Shown here in pieces: positions 20,801 through 31,228 of a DNA stretch of 64,000 nucleotides; within the stretch, counting starts at the first letter, position 1, and every line of letters begins with the position of its first letter. The notes under the pieces were generated by a model, which did no database searches, had not been told where the DNA came from, and saw only the letters and a program-made list of their open reading frames with translations. The stretch spans positions 1 to 64,000 of the forward strand of contig CAVWLW010000013.1 in the NCBI GenBank assembly GCA_963755715.1, in the 5' to 3' direction. This DNA is from an uncultured delta proteobacterium (lineage in GTDB: Bacteria; Desulfobacterota; Binatia; UBA9968). A program made the translations under genes and the position numbers.

Positions 20801-21940
20801 ATGTGGAACGGATTTAAGGTCATCGATTCGGACGCGCACCATCATGAACCCATGGACATGTGGGATCGATATCTAGAGCCAGAGTATCGAGAGCGCGTTC
20901 CCAAGGTCATCGGCATGCAGCGCAATTTCTACGTCTATGCGCAGGATAACCAGTTGTCTCCCGTGTTAGAAGCTGGCTCGCCGATACCCGCCCATCACGA
21001 TAAATGGATGGCGGACAAGTACGGTGAAGCGTATGACCGATGGTGGTCGCCTGACGTTCGCCTCAAAGACATGGATCGCTACGGCTGGGACATTCAAGTC
21101 ATCCTCTCGACCAACGCGAACCGCGTCATGGAGAGCGCGATAAAAAACCCTCAAGTTGGCGGCGCCATGGCTCGGGCCTATCACAACTGGTGCCATGATT
21201 ATGCCAGCGCCGACCCGGCGCGCCTGAAGTTCACGGCCACTTTGCCCGCGGGCGATAGCAAAGCTATGGTTGCAGAAGCGCGGCGCGCGGTGGAGACGCT
21301 CGGCGCCGTCTCGGTGCGCAACCCCTTGCTGCCACCCGGCAAATGGTTGCACGAGCCTGAATACGATGCCCTGTGGCAGCTCGCCAGCGATCTCGATTTT
21401 CCGATCTCTGTCCATGGCGAGTCACGCCATGTTCGGGCGGCGCCGTTTCGCGCGCTGCGCGCAGATGAGGGGCCTTTCAGCGCGCTCGACCACGTGATCG
21501 GTTTTCCGATGGATAACATGGTGACCATGGCGCACTTTATTTTTACCGGCATTTTGGATCGCTTTCCCAAGCTGCGGCTCGGCATCTTGGAGTCCAACGC
21601 CGGCTGGGCCAATTTTTGGCTGCCGCGCATGGACGATCACTCTCATGGACGCCGGCTCATCCTCGGCGCCGGATTGCCGATGAAACCGAGCGAATACGTC
21701 AAGCGGCAATGCGTGATCTCCGCCGACCCGGACGAGCCTGGTCTCGACGGAGTGATCGACTTCATGGGCGATGATAATCTCGTCTGGAACACGGACTATC
21801 CCCATCCGGATGCGCCGGACCCTGCCCAGGTTTTACCCTGGTTCTCGGCTCAGCCTATTTCAGACGACAGCAAACGAAAAATATTGTGGGACAACGCAGT
21901 TAGGCTCTACGGGGCGCGACTGTTGGAAAGCGCCCCATAG
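20801..21940 (+). CDS. Amidohydrolase family 2 protein
   Basis: RBS ggagg; VIDSDAHHHEP; RAYHNW; ISVHG; LDRFPKLRLGILESNAGW; WNTDYPHPD; ILWDNAVRLY. Confidence 0.92.
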   Translation: MWNGFKVIDSDAHHHEPMDMWDRYLEPEYRERVPKVIGMQRNFYVYAQDNQLSPVLEAGSPIPAHHDKWMADKYGEAYDRWWSPDVRLKDMDRYGWDIQVILSTNANRVMESAIKNPQVGGAMARAYHNWCHDYASADPARLKFTATLPAGDSKAMVAEARRAVETLGAVSVRNPLLPPGKWLHEPEYDALWQLASDLDFPISVHGESRHVRAAPFRALRADEGPFSALDHVIGFPMDNMVTMAHFIFTGILDRFPKLRLGILESNAGWANFWLPRMDDHSHGRRLILGAGLPMKPSEYVKRQCVISADPDEPGLDGVIDFMGDDNLVWNTDYPHPDAPDPAQVLPWFSAQPISDDSKRKILWDNAVRLYGARLLESAP

Positions 21941-22254
21941 GTTTGCAATGGTTTGTTCTTGGTCTGAATACAAAATACGGCTGGATTCCGGCATTCGCCG
22001 GAATAACGAAAAAGCGAGTCGAATTCGAGTCGACATTTTGAACCCTGACGCTGACCGGTTTAGGGAACAGTTGACCCGGTTGCTTTCTTTGCGCCAAGTT
22101 TGCTCGACGAGATCGTCTAGAGTCATCTCCTTCCAAAACTGGATTGTGTCCGTGTCGTCACTGCGGGAAGCGAGTCCGTCACCGTTGATGACGAGCAGGG
22201 AATTTATGGACTAATGAAAGCGCTTGTGTTTTATTAATTTAAACGAGGTCATCA

Positions 22255-22980
22255 ATGAAAATATGGGCGTTTAGATTTTGTCGGGCGAGCCGAGGCAAGC
22301 CATTTTTAGTCATCGTTTTTGTCGCCGCAGGGTGCTTGATCGCGGGCCTTTCAGCGGCAGAGACCATCCAAGGCACTATCCGGTACGTCGGCGCGCCGAT
22401 TGAAAAAAAGAAGACGCCCGTGACGATCGATCAGTACATTTGCGGCAAGGAAAAAGAGCCGGAAGACTTGCTGCTCTCCTCGAACAACGGCATCCGGAAC
22501 GCCGTGGTGTCGCTGCAGAGTGTTCCGTCCGGCGCGAAGCGAGACTGGAACTTCCCGGCGGCGAAGATGGATCAGAAGCAATGCTCGTTCATTCCGCGCG
22601 TGGTCATCGTGCCGGTGGGCGGAACCGTCGAGTTTCTCAATAGCGACCGGTTGTTGCATAACGTCAGAAGTGCCGGCAAGGAGAATCCGCCGTTCAACCG
22701 AGCGCAGCCGCATGCGCGGAGCATTTCCTTCGCGTTCAAACAGCCCGAGCTGCTTCGGGTCGACTGCGATCTCCATTCCTGGATGCGCGGTTGGGTCGTG
22801 GTTGCCGAGCATCCGTTCTACGCCTTAACCAACGAACAGGGCGAGTTTACCTTGGAAAATGTGCCGCGAGGAAAGTACACGCTGCAGGTCTGGCAGGAAA
22901 GTTTGGGAAATGTGACGCAGGAAGTGGTTGTGGGAGACAAAGGAGCCACGACGGTCTCGGTGGCGATGGGCAAAAAATAG
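22255..22980 (+). CDS. Exported cupredoxin-like / carboxypeptidase-regulatory-like domain protein
   Basis: Signal peptide; MDQKQCSFIPRV..VPVGGTVEFLNSDRLLHNV; CDLHSWM; TNEQGEFTLENVPRGKYTLQVWQE. Confidence 0.75.
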   Translation: MKIWAFRFCRASRGKPFLVIVFVAAGCLIAGLSAAETIQGTIRYVGAPIEKKKTPVTIDQYICGKEKEPEDLLLSSNNGIRNAVVSLQSVPSGAKRDWNFPAAKMDQKQCSFIPRVVIVPVGGTVEFLNSDRLLHNVRSAGKENPPFNRAQPHARSISFAFKQPELLRVDCDLHSWMRGWVVVAEHPFYALTNEQGEFTLENVPRGKYTLQVWQESLGNVTQEVVVGDKGATTVSVAMGKK

Positions 22981-23002
22981 CAACCAACTGTCCCTTCACG
23001 CG

Positions 23003-23458
23003 CTAAGGAGCCACGGCGATTTTTTTTGCCGCTTCCCAGCCTGCCGAATGGTTCGGTTCCGCGATCGCCCGAAGCGAGCCTCCTTCATCGAGCGCGATGG
23101 TAAATGTAACCTTCGGAAAGGAATAAACCGGGTGGAGATAGACCCGCGCGATCTCAGCGGTGTTGATGTACAGCGCGATGTAACGGATGGCATGTTCGCT
23201 CAAGGAAGGATGTTCCCCACCAGCCCCGATGTCGATGGTGACGTCAAACCATTGTCCCCGCTTGACCGAGTCCGGCGCGGTGATTTTCGGCGTATGTTTG
23301 GGGTCAAAGGAGGTGCGCAATTCCTTATACTCGGGTGTGAACTGCTCTTCCTGCCCAGCCCACAGAGGTTGCGTCCCCCCACCGGCGACAAACACGCCAA
23401 AAACAAGTCCGACCGCTGCGGCGGTCCAGGTACGCGACCGTGGATGAACAGTTGTCAT
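23003..23458 (-). CDS. Exported superoxide-reductase-like (neelaredoxin/desulfoferrodoxin ferrous domain) protein
   Basis: Signal peptide; KHTPKITAPDSVKRGQWFDVTIDIG; EHPSLSEHAIRYIALY; PKVTFTIAL...AEPNHSAGWE. Confidence 0.72.
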   Translation of the reverse strand: MTTVHPRSRTWTAAAVGLVFGVFVAGGGTQPLWAGQEEQFTPEYKELRTSFDPKHTPKITAPDSVKRGQWFDVTIDIGAGGEHPSLSEHAIRYIALYINTAEIARVYLHPVYSFPKVTFTIALDEGGSLRAIAEPNHSAGWEAAKKIAVAP

Positions 23459-23503
23459 TTTTTTAAATCCTCCCGTGTTTGAGTAGCACCCTTATAAATT
23501 CCA

Positions 23504-24557
23504 CTACACCCCGCTAAGCACGTCATAGGCCAGAACGCCTTCCTGCTTGCCGGCCACGCGCAAGAGCCCAAGCTCACGAACTTGCACTGCCTGTTTCACC
23601 CGCTCGTAGGTGTTTCCTGTAATCAGGATTTGTCCCGGTCCGGCATTCGATTCGAATCGCTGGGCGGTGTTGACCTCGTTGCCGATCACTGTGTAATCGG
23701 TTCTTCGTTCGGAGCCAATGTTTCCCGCAATGACGATGCCCGTGTTGATGCCGATTCCCATGTGCAGACGAACCTCAGGAAATTTGGTGAAAGCGATGCT
23801 GCATCAATTTTTCCTGAATGGTCAGAGCACAGCGGACCGCGTTCAGGGGATCGTCTTCGCGAGCGATGGGCGCCCCAAAGAACGCCATGAATCCGTCGCC
23901 GCGAAACTTGTCGAGTGTTCCTCTGAATTCAAAGACGGTGTCGATGACCAGCTTCAAATAACTATTGAGGATGTCGACTACGTCTTGCGGATCGAGTTGC
24001 TCGGCGAGTGGTGTAAATCCCCGAAGATCGCCGAACAGAATCGTGACTTCGCGCTTGTCGCCGCCCAACTTCAGGTGACGCCCGGGATCGGCGACGATCT
24101 CGGCAGCCACGTCCGCAGAAACATACCGGCCAAAGAGGTTACGGAGCAGATGATTCTTCGTCTCGACGTCATCGTGGAGCGTTTTGATCCTGAGGAGCGA
24201 CTTGACACGCGTGAGGAGCTCTTCCCGGTTGACGGGTTTGCTCAGAAAATCGTCGGCCCCTGCTTCGATGCCGCGAATTCGGTCAGCCACGTCGGTGAGC
24301 GCGGTCAACATCACGACGGGAAGGAGGCAGGTGGCTTCATTCGCGCGGATATGCTGGCACACTTCGTAGCCGGACATACCCGGCATCATCACATCGAGCA
24401 GGACAAGATCCGGCGCTGCGCTGCCGATGAGCTTGAGGGCCGTAGGGCCGTCCTCTGCGGTAACAACTTCGTACTGCGCCGATGTGAGAGCCCTCTCAAG
24501 GAGAGACAGATTCTGCTTGTTGTCGTCAACCGCCAGGATGCGGGGAAATCCACTCAC
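23504..24557 (-). CDS. Response regulator receiver + class III adenylate cyclase, frameshift near 23790
   Basis: Receiver ILAVDD..LLDVMMPG..FLSKP. Cyclase VTILFGDLRGFT, LDKFRGDG, GIGINTG.VIAGNIGS.RRTDYTVIGNEVNTAQRFES. Confidence 0.9.
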
Positions 24558-24578
24558 GATGCATCAACTCCCAAAAAT

Positions 24579-24953
24579 CTATTGCTCAGGAAGCAGGTTC
24601 CGGATCATCTGCATCAGCTCACGCGGACTGTATGGCTTCGCCATATAGGCCGTTGCCCCCGCATCCTTCGCCTTCTGGTCGTCGCCGCTGAGAGCAAACG
24701 AGGTAATCACGATGATCGGGATAGCGGCAGTCTTGGGGTCGGCGCGAAGCCGGCGCGTCGCGTCCAGTCCGGACATCTTGGGGAGTTGGATGTCCATCAG
24801 GATCAGGTCAGGAACCTCCTTGAGCGCCGTTGCCACCCCCAGCTCGCCATCCGTCGCCTCGATCAGCCGGTAAGCGGTCCGCGCCAAAAGCTGCCGCACC
24901 ATCTTCAGGTTAAACTCATTGTCTTCTACGTAGAGAATCGTCTTGCCGCTCAT
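24579..24953 (-). CDS. Single-domain response regulator (DivK/CheY-like)
   Basis: ILYVEDN, LILMDIQLPKMSG, ITSFALSGD, YMAKPYS. Confidence 0.92.
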   Translation of the reverse strand: MSGKTILYVEDNEFNLKMVRQLLARTAYRLIEATDGELGVATALKEVPDLILMDIQLPKMSGLDATRRLRADPKTAAIPIIVITSFALSGDDQKAKDAGATAYMAKPYSPRELMQMIRNLLPEQ

Positions 24954-26611
24954 GTGACCTCACCATGATTCATGCGCAGCGGGATGGCAAAGAAAAACGT
25001 CGATCCCTTGCCCAGTTCGCTTTCCACCCAGATCCGGCCGCCATGCATTTCCACGAATTTCTTGGTGATGTTCAGCCCGAGTCCCGTCCCACTGAACTCA
25101 CGCGTGATCGCCGTGTCCACTTGTTGGAATTCCCCAAAGATGTTTTCGAGTTCTTCCTTAGGTATGCCAATTCCGGTATCCGACACGCGATAGAGCAAGT
25201 TTTCTCCTTGCTGTTCCACCCAGACCGACACGCGGCCGTGCTTGCTGAATTTCAGCGCGTTTCCCACCAGGTTCATCAGACATTGGGCGATCCGCTTGCC
25301 GTCGCCTAGCGCGAGTGGAATATCGTCCTCGACCGCGGCGACAAAATCCAAACCTTTTTCCAAGGCGAGCGATTGGAGCGAGGTACGCACGGTCTCCACA
25401 ATGTCCTGGACTGAATACTCCGCCAAAACAAGCTCCATGCGACCCGCCTCGATTTTGGAAAGATCCAGCACGTCGTTGATCAGGCGAAGCAGATGCTTGC
25501 CGTTGGTTTGGACATCCGTCAGAGGCTCCCTCAGATGGGGTGGAACCTCGCCGTAGATCTCATCGAGCATCATCTCGACAAAGCCGAGGATCGCATTCAT
25601 CGGCGTGCGCAGCTCGTGCGACATATTGGCGAGAAAATTCGACTTTGCTTTGCTGGCTTGCTGGAGCTGCTCGTTCAGCCTCTGCAGTTCCTGCGACGCC
25701 TGATGCTGGCTCTCGTAAAGCCGGTGCAACTCCTGGCTCATGTGGTTCATATGCGCCGCCAGGGCGCCGAACTCGTCGCGATTTGGCACGTTGATCGTCG
25801 CCGCAAAGTTTCCTTTCGCCACCTCGCTCAGGAAGCCATGGGCTTTCTGCACGGGTAGGATAAAGGACCATGAGATGATGAAACCCAACAACAACCCTAC
25901 CAACATCAAAGTCGCTGCGCTGATCGCCATCAAGATCAGCGTATTCCTGTTTGCAGCGGCGACGCTGGCCCGGAGCTGGTCCATTTTGCTGCGCTCGCGC
26001 TCGACCAGCTGAGTGACGAACCCTTCGATGCGCCCATAGAGCGGATACTGCTTGCTTTGTTGCAGCCGCATCGCATCTTCGACTTTACCGTCCCGAATCA
26101 GGTTTGCAATATCGGCCACGGTGGTCAGCGCTTCTCCCTGGGCAACGCGGATCCGTTGAATCAACTCCACCTCTTCTGGTTGAGCGGCCTTCTCAAGACG
26201 AGCCAGTGTATTGTTGAAACGGTTGTTCTCGCGCAGGATGTTTTCGACCGTCGCCTCGCTTCTCATGAGCAAAGCCATGGCCGTGAAGTTCATCTGCATG
26301 GCCAGGGCGTGCTGGATATCCTGCGACCAGTGCACTCGTTCGTGAGCCTCATCCAGGAGCTGGCCCTGACTGGACATTTTTGAGATCGTTTGAAGGCTCA
26401 TTGCGCCCATGCCGATAACCAGGAAGGTGACCAGGAGATAGCCGGCGAGCAATTTTGCATGAACCGAGGCCTTGATGGCCGCAACCCAATGCACCAAGCT
26501 TCCCAATGGTGATCGGGTCAGGAGAAAATGTACGATTCTTTCTTCTAAGCCGGCGGGCGCCGGAGCGGAGATCAAATCGACGTCAGGAAGAGTGCCTTCT
26601 TGTTTTGACAC
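24950..26611 (-). CDS. Membrane sensor histidine kinase (helical periplasmic sensor, HAMP, HisKA, HATPase)
   Basis: Two TM segments; PNRDEFGALA; FLANMSHELRTPMN; NLVGNALKF; DTGIGI; GTGLGLNIT; GKGSTFFF. Confidence 0.93.
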   Translation of the reverse strand: MSKQEGTLPDVDLISAPAPAGLEERIVHFLLTRSPLGSLVHWVAAIKASVHAKLLAGYLLVTFLVIGMGAMSLQTISKMSSQGQLLDEAHERVHWSQDIQHALAMQMNFTAMALLMRSEATVENILRENNRFNNTLARLEKAAQPEEVELIQRIRVAQGEALTTVADIANLIRDGKVEDAMRLQQSKQYPLYGRIEGFVTQLVERERSKMDQLRASVAAANRNTLILMAISAATLMLVGLLLGFIISWSFILPVQKAHGFLSEVAKGNFAATINVPNRDEFGALAAHMNHMSQELHRLYESQHQASQELQRLNEQLQQASKAKSNFLANMSHELRTPMNAILGFVEMMLDEIYGEVPPHLREPLTDVQTNGKHLLRLINDVLDLSKIEAGRMELVLAEYSVQDIVETVRTSLQSLALEKGLDFVAAVEDDIPLALGDGKRIAQCLMNLVGNALKFSKHGRVSVWVEQQGENLLYRVSDTGIGIPKEELENIFGEFQQVDTAITREFSGTGLGLNITKKFVEMHGGRIWVESELGKGSTFFFAIPLRMNHGEVT

Positions 26612-26760
26612 GTACCAACTCTAGGGATCTAGCGCGAAGCTAGCAAAGGCCAATCTACTTCGTCAAGGTAGCTGCCGCTATGGATGACTTAATAATGAAT
26701 GCGTAAATTGGTTTTTGAGAAGAAGCGGTTTCAGAAGCTCCGGCAAAACCGCATCAGAAT

Positions 26761-27483
26761 TTAACGTAGTGGAGATACGGTGTCGGTGATTTGCGTCAAG
26801 GCCGCGCTGGCGGTTTTCGTTTCCGTGAAAAGCCCCAGTTTCGTGAGGGTGTAATTTCCAGAGCCGAACACCGGCCCATCGTCCAGGCGACAGCCGAGGC
26901 CGAGCGTCATCTGCAGCTGGGCATAGGGCATATCCATGCGGTGGTCGATCTCGATAAAATATCCGTCGATGGGACCGGCCGGCGTGTCAAAGCGCGAAGG
27001 CGAAACCTGTTTCACCCAATGAGTTACCCGGCCGGCGCGCTTCAGTCTTCCGGTTGCGAGATCGAACATTTTGAAGCTTGCCTGACGCTGGATCGCGCTG
27101 CCGGAAGTGATATCGGTTGTCAGAATCGGCAGCGCCGGTTCGTAAACGACATAACTGTGACTTTTGAATAGGTCGAGGCGCTCCATCGCGAGCCCGCCGC
27201 TGCCGTCGTTGCGCAGCAGAATCCCGGCATAATCGCCGAACACGAGATTCCACCGTCCCTCCTTGGCCTGATCACGGTGCAGGGTGAGCGGAACCACTTT
27301 GCCGCGGTCTTTGCCTTCGGTGATTTTAAACTGCTTGTTCCACGTGGACAGGGGAATCAGCTTCTTCAGGCTGACATCTTGTGACGATGGAGTCACGACA
27401 ATGCCGGCTATGGCCGGCGTGGAAAAGTAAACGACGAGGCTGGTGACGATGCTAACGAGACGGTTCAATCGGAACTTCTCCAA
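26761..27483 (-). CDS. Hypothetical exported protein
   Basis: 240-aa ORF with signal-peptide-like N-terminus and beta-rich composition. No motif recognised. Confidence 0.65.
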   Translation of the reverse strand: MEKFRLNRLVSIVTSLVVYFSTPAIAGIVVTPSSQDVSLKKLIPLSTWNKQFKITEGKDRGKVVPLTLHRDQAKEGRWNLVFGDYAGILLRNDGSGGLAMERLDLFKSHSYVVYEPALPILTTDITSGSAIQRQASFKMFDLATGRLKRAGRVTHWVKQVSPSRFDTPAGPIDGYFIEIDHRMDMPYAQLQMTLGLGCRLDDGPVFGSGNYTLTKLGLFTETKTASAALTQITDTVSPLR

Positions 27484-27578
27484 AAGTTTTCTCTAATAGT
27501 CAAACAAAGGAAACGGCGACAATCAAGTGGGGAAGAAAAACAGAGATTCGGTCCCTGGGGTTCGGGGTCAATCGCTCG

Positions 27579-27650
27579 TGTCATTTCGACCAACGGGAGA
27601 AATCTTTCTCGGATCTTCGGAAAGATTCCTCACGTTCGTTCGGAATGACA
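27579..27650. repeat. REP-like palindromic repeat (same family as 14694, 51959)
   Basis: tgtcatttcgaccaacgggagaaatctttc ... gaaagattcctcacgttcgttcggaatgaca. Confidence 0.72.
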
Positions 27651-27732
27651 GAATAGAGAGGTTGAACAGGATGCTGTAGATCGAAGTACATAGATCGTGA
27701 AGATCAGCAGCGGGAAAACTATTTCTGCTCGC

Positions 27733-28842
27733 TCAGTCCAACAAATCTTTTTCTTTTAGCTTTCTTGGCAAATAGGTCTTGGTCAAATACTGAAAATCTT
27801 TGTTAGCGAGTGCGTCGAGCTCGAACTTGAGGCCGCTGGAGAGCATGCCTTTGATCTCATTCTGCCATTCTTTTTTCTGAAACCATTTGTATTTCATCAG
27901 TTCTTTGGCGCGATTGATATCTTTGTCGTTGAGCTTGATGCCGACGTTACGCGGCAGGCCGTAGCGGTCAGGATCGGCGCTGGAAAAACCGATGAACTTG
28001 GCTTTGGGAATCGCCATGCGCTGGCTTTCGAAAGCGAGATTGATCGAGCCCTGCTTGACGACCGAATAGATGTAGTAGCCCCAGGGATCGTTATCGACGA
28101 GGACGTAAACGGGAAGCTTGTATTCTTCGTGCAGCCGGCGCGCCAGGCGGCGCACGCCGCGCGGCGGTTGGCCGTTGCCGGTGAGCAGAATGCAGTTGTA
28201 GCGACGCCAAAATTTATCTTCCGACAGACGATTCCACTGGGTGCCTTTCTCGACGAGCAGGACGAAGTCCGCGGTGCATTTGCTGATCTGAATGTATTCC
28301 GGCTCGACGATCGAAGGCACGGAATAGCCGCCTTTGCCGAGCTTGGTGCAATCGACTCGGTCGCCGTCGTCGACCAATCGTCAGCGGGCCGACCACGGTG
28401 CCGCGAGTTTTCGGCGCGCACGTGCAGCTCTTCGCGCAGCGCTTCGAGCGTCACTTCGAGATCTTCGATCAGAGGGTCGGACTCGTTCTGGTCGTCGAAG
28501 GTGTTTTCGTGGGAGTTCTTAATCGTGTGTTTGGTCCGGTAATAAATTTCTCGCAGCGAAGTCGTCAGGTTGGCGCGCTGCAGTTCGGAGAGAGCGTCGG
28601 CGACGAGCACGGTCTGCATGAATTTCTTGGCCATGCCGACGTTGAAAAACGTGCGCGCCTGTTTTCGCCGGCCCATCTCGATGATGACCGCGCTTCTCGT
28701 CGAAGGTGACGTTGGCGAGGGTGCGCACGGGGATGGAAAGGGTTGGATCTTGGCTCCGTTGCGCCGCGGTAATCACGAGGTCGGCGATGCCGACGAGCTT
28801 CTTTTCTACGGCTCCGTTACTTTTTGGTTTTTTTCGCGCCAT
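27733..28842 (-). CDS. top6A: DNA topoisomerase VI subunit A (Spo11/Top6A), frameshifts near 28690 and 28380-28410
   Basis: Catalytic TTSLREIYY motif, QNESDPLIEDLEV, LREELHV. TOPRIM LLVEK..LTGNGQP..VDNDPWGYYIYS..GSINLA. FELDAL. Confidence 0.9.
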
Positions 28843-30899
28843 GTTTCTTTCCTGTCTTTTGGCTTCGTCTTTCGCTGGATTTGGCTTTTTCAAATCCCAA
28901 AGTCATTTGTTTGTACTTTGCGGCTTTGCGCTTTGGCTGCTTGGTAACTTTTGTCGCTTTGTCTTGTCCTTGGTTTTTCGATTCGGCTTTTTGCGGCTTT
29001 GCCATCGTCGGCAAGCGGTCTCTTCGCTCATCGGCCGCGATCTTCTTGCGGCGGCTTCGACCGCGTTTTGCTCGTTGCTCGAGCAACGCGAGCGCTTCGC
29101 CTTCGGTGCCCTCGGCAGTGACGATGATCGAGTGGGGCAGACCTTCCGGTCCGCCGTCGCGGCCCGAGCATTTCGTCGGTTTTTTCGCCGCCGGTGCGTT
29201 TCGTGGCGATCTTCTGCAGTTGCTCCTTGAGCTTTTCTTTAGCGAGCTTGCCGCCCTTGAGGCGGTTGCACGCTTCGACGACTTCTTCGATATACAGCTC
29301 GAAGATATTGCGCCGGCGAAACTCGTCCTTGGCGTGCTCGCGCCGCCGCAGAAAAACACCGAGCCGCCGGCCGCATTCTTGGAGAGCGAGCTTGATTTCT
29401 TTTCTGATCTCGTCGTAGTCGGCGATCGCTTCCTTCGATTCGCTGGTGAACGGCACCCAAACCGACGCCATGTGGACAAAGATCACCATCGGCCCGGCGG
29501 GCAGGGCGCCTCTGGATTGCGCCACCCCGTAGTTGCGCCAAGTGGTATCGAGCACGGCTTTGAACGTCGCGCAGGCGGACTGCTGATAGAGCAGCGGGAC
29601 GCGGTTGGCGTAGCGAATGACGCTGGCCAGCTCATTATCGTCGTCGTGACTCTCTCCTTCAGCGAGGGGCCCTTTCGGCTGCTCGCGTTTGCCCGCCGCC
29701 TGTTCCGGCCCTTTGCCGAAAGCCAAGCCCGCTTCGATGACAAACGGATTGCCGCGGTAGACTGCTGGCGGCCGCGTCACGGCGGTATAGAAATCGCCTT
29801 TGATTTGTTTATACAAGCCGTGCAGGATCGCTTTCTCGCCGATGGGCGAGATGCAATTACTCGGCGGCGCCATGATCTTGGTGGATTGAATCGCCTTATA
29901 AAATGTTTCGGCGGCGGCACCGTGGAGGTTTCTTGGCCGAGTATCGGGCGATAGCTTGGCCGCCTTGCAAATCTCTTGGGCGAGACTGGACGAAACTCGG
30001 CTAAACTCGCTCGACAAAAATCCCGCGAGCGAATGGCTCTTGGTGTCGTGGAGCATTTTCAGCATCATGCCGAATTCGATGCCGTAAGGATGCGGTTTGA
30101 TTTCGCGCGGCTGCGGCGGCAGCTCTTCGATCGTCCGGGGATATTCTTTGGTATCGCCCTCGGGCGTGTGGTACGCGAGCTTGACGTGCGGATTGGCAAT
30201 CGCCGTCTGCTCCAGATATTCGTCGACCGAACCTCGTCCTTTTTGATAGCGGCCTTCGATTTCCAGCGTTACCTGCGTGCCGCGATGGTTTTCCCACTCG
30301 ATCTGCTTTTGCTCGAAGATCCGCGGCTCGTTCTTCTTGGTATCGATCTGCACTTCGAAATAATGCGCCGGCGTGCGCGCGCCGGTGCGCGAAATAATTT
30401 GCACGGGCTTGCCGGTGGTCAATTGCGCGTACATGCCGGCGGCCGATATGCCGATGCCCTGCTGGCCGCGGCTCATGCGCAGCCGGTGAAATTTCGATCC
30501 ATAGAGCAACTTCGCGAAGATCCGCGGGATCTGTTGGCGCACGATGCCGGGGCCGTAGTCGATCACGGTGAGGCGGAAGCGGTTCGCCTGGCTCGGCGCC
30601 GGCGCGTTGCCGCCGTTGGCTGCGACTTCAACCTTGACGATGACCTCAGGCAGAATTCCCGCCTCCTCGCAGGCATCCAGCGCATTGTCGACGGCTTCCT
30701 TGACGCAGGTGAGGAGCGCCTTGCGTGGATTGTCGAAGCCCAGCAAATGGCGGTTTTTAGTAAAAAACTCCGAGACCGAGATCTCGCGCTGGCGCGCGCC
30801 CATCTCGGCTGCCGATACGGCCGTCTTCGGCGTGGCAGTCTGGGTGTCGACCGGCGCCGCATTGGACTTTGGCATGGCTTTAGACATTGCTTCTTTCAC
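28817..30899 (-). CDS. top6B: DNA topoisomerase VI subunit B (GHKL ATPase) with basic C-terminal tail, frameshift near 29165
   Basis: REISVSEFFTKNRHLLGFDNP, KEAVDNALDACEE, DYGPGI, LLYGSKFH..MSRGQQGIGIS, KPHPYG, RYANRVPLLYQQSAC, VPFTSESKEAIA. Confidence 0.95.
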
Positions 30900-31228
30900 A
30901 TCTCCACTGGAATCAGATTTGGAACGGATTGGAGTAGCGGAGCGCGAAAACTGTGGGCGGTTAAGAAACGAATGGGACAGTACTCCAATACTTAAACACC
31001 GACTCGGCTGAGTATTTAGGTTTGCAACACACTCGGGCGAGATGTCGTTGCCGAAATTCGCTTCAGTATATCAGAGACGAAAATATTTTGTAGCCTGAAA
31101 TCCAATATCGCAGAGAAAAAATCAGAAGGATCTTGGCGCGCGCTTGGCTACGTGACGAATCCGAAGTTTGCGCGCCACGCCAATATCCGTTATTTTTACA
31201 ATCTAACGTTACGATCTCGGATACAATC

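Noticed and set aside
23718-24968. 416-aa plus-strand ORF, and similar long antisense ORFs (12159..13190, 28824..29954, 29976..30995, 53374..54339, 55498..56583)
   Set aside because: These are shadow ORFs opposite well-supported genes, as expected from high-GC codon bias. They carry no motifs.
27733-30899. Top6A/B as a Wadjet (JetD) or other defence system
   Set aside because: Both canonical Topo VI subunits are present, with no jetABC/SMC genes or defence-island context.
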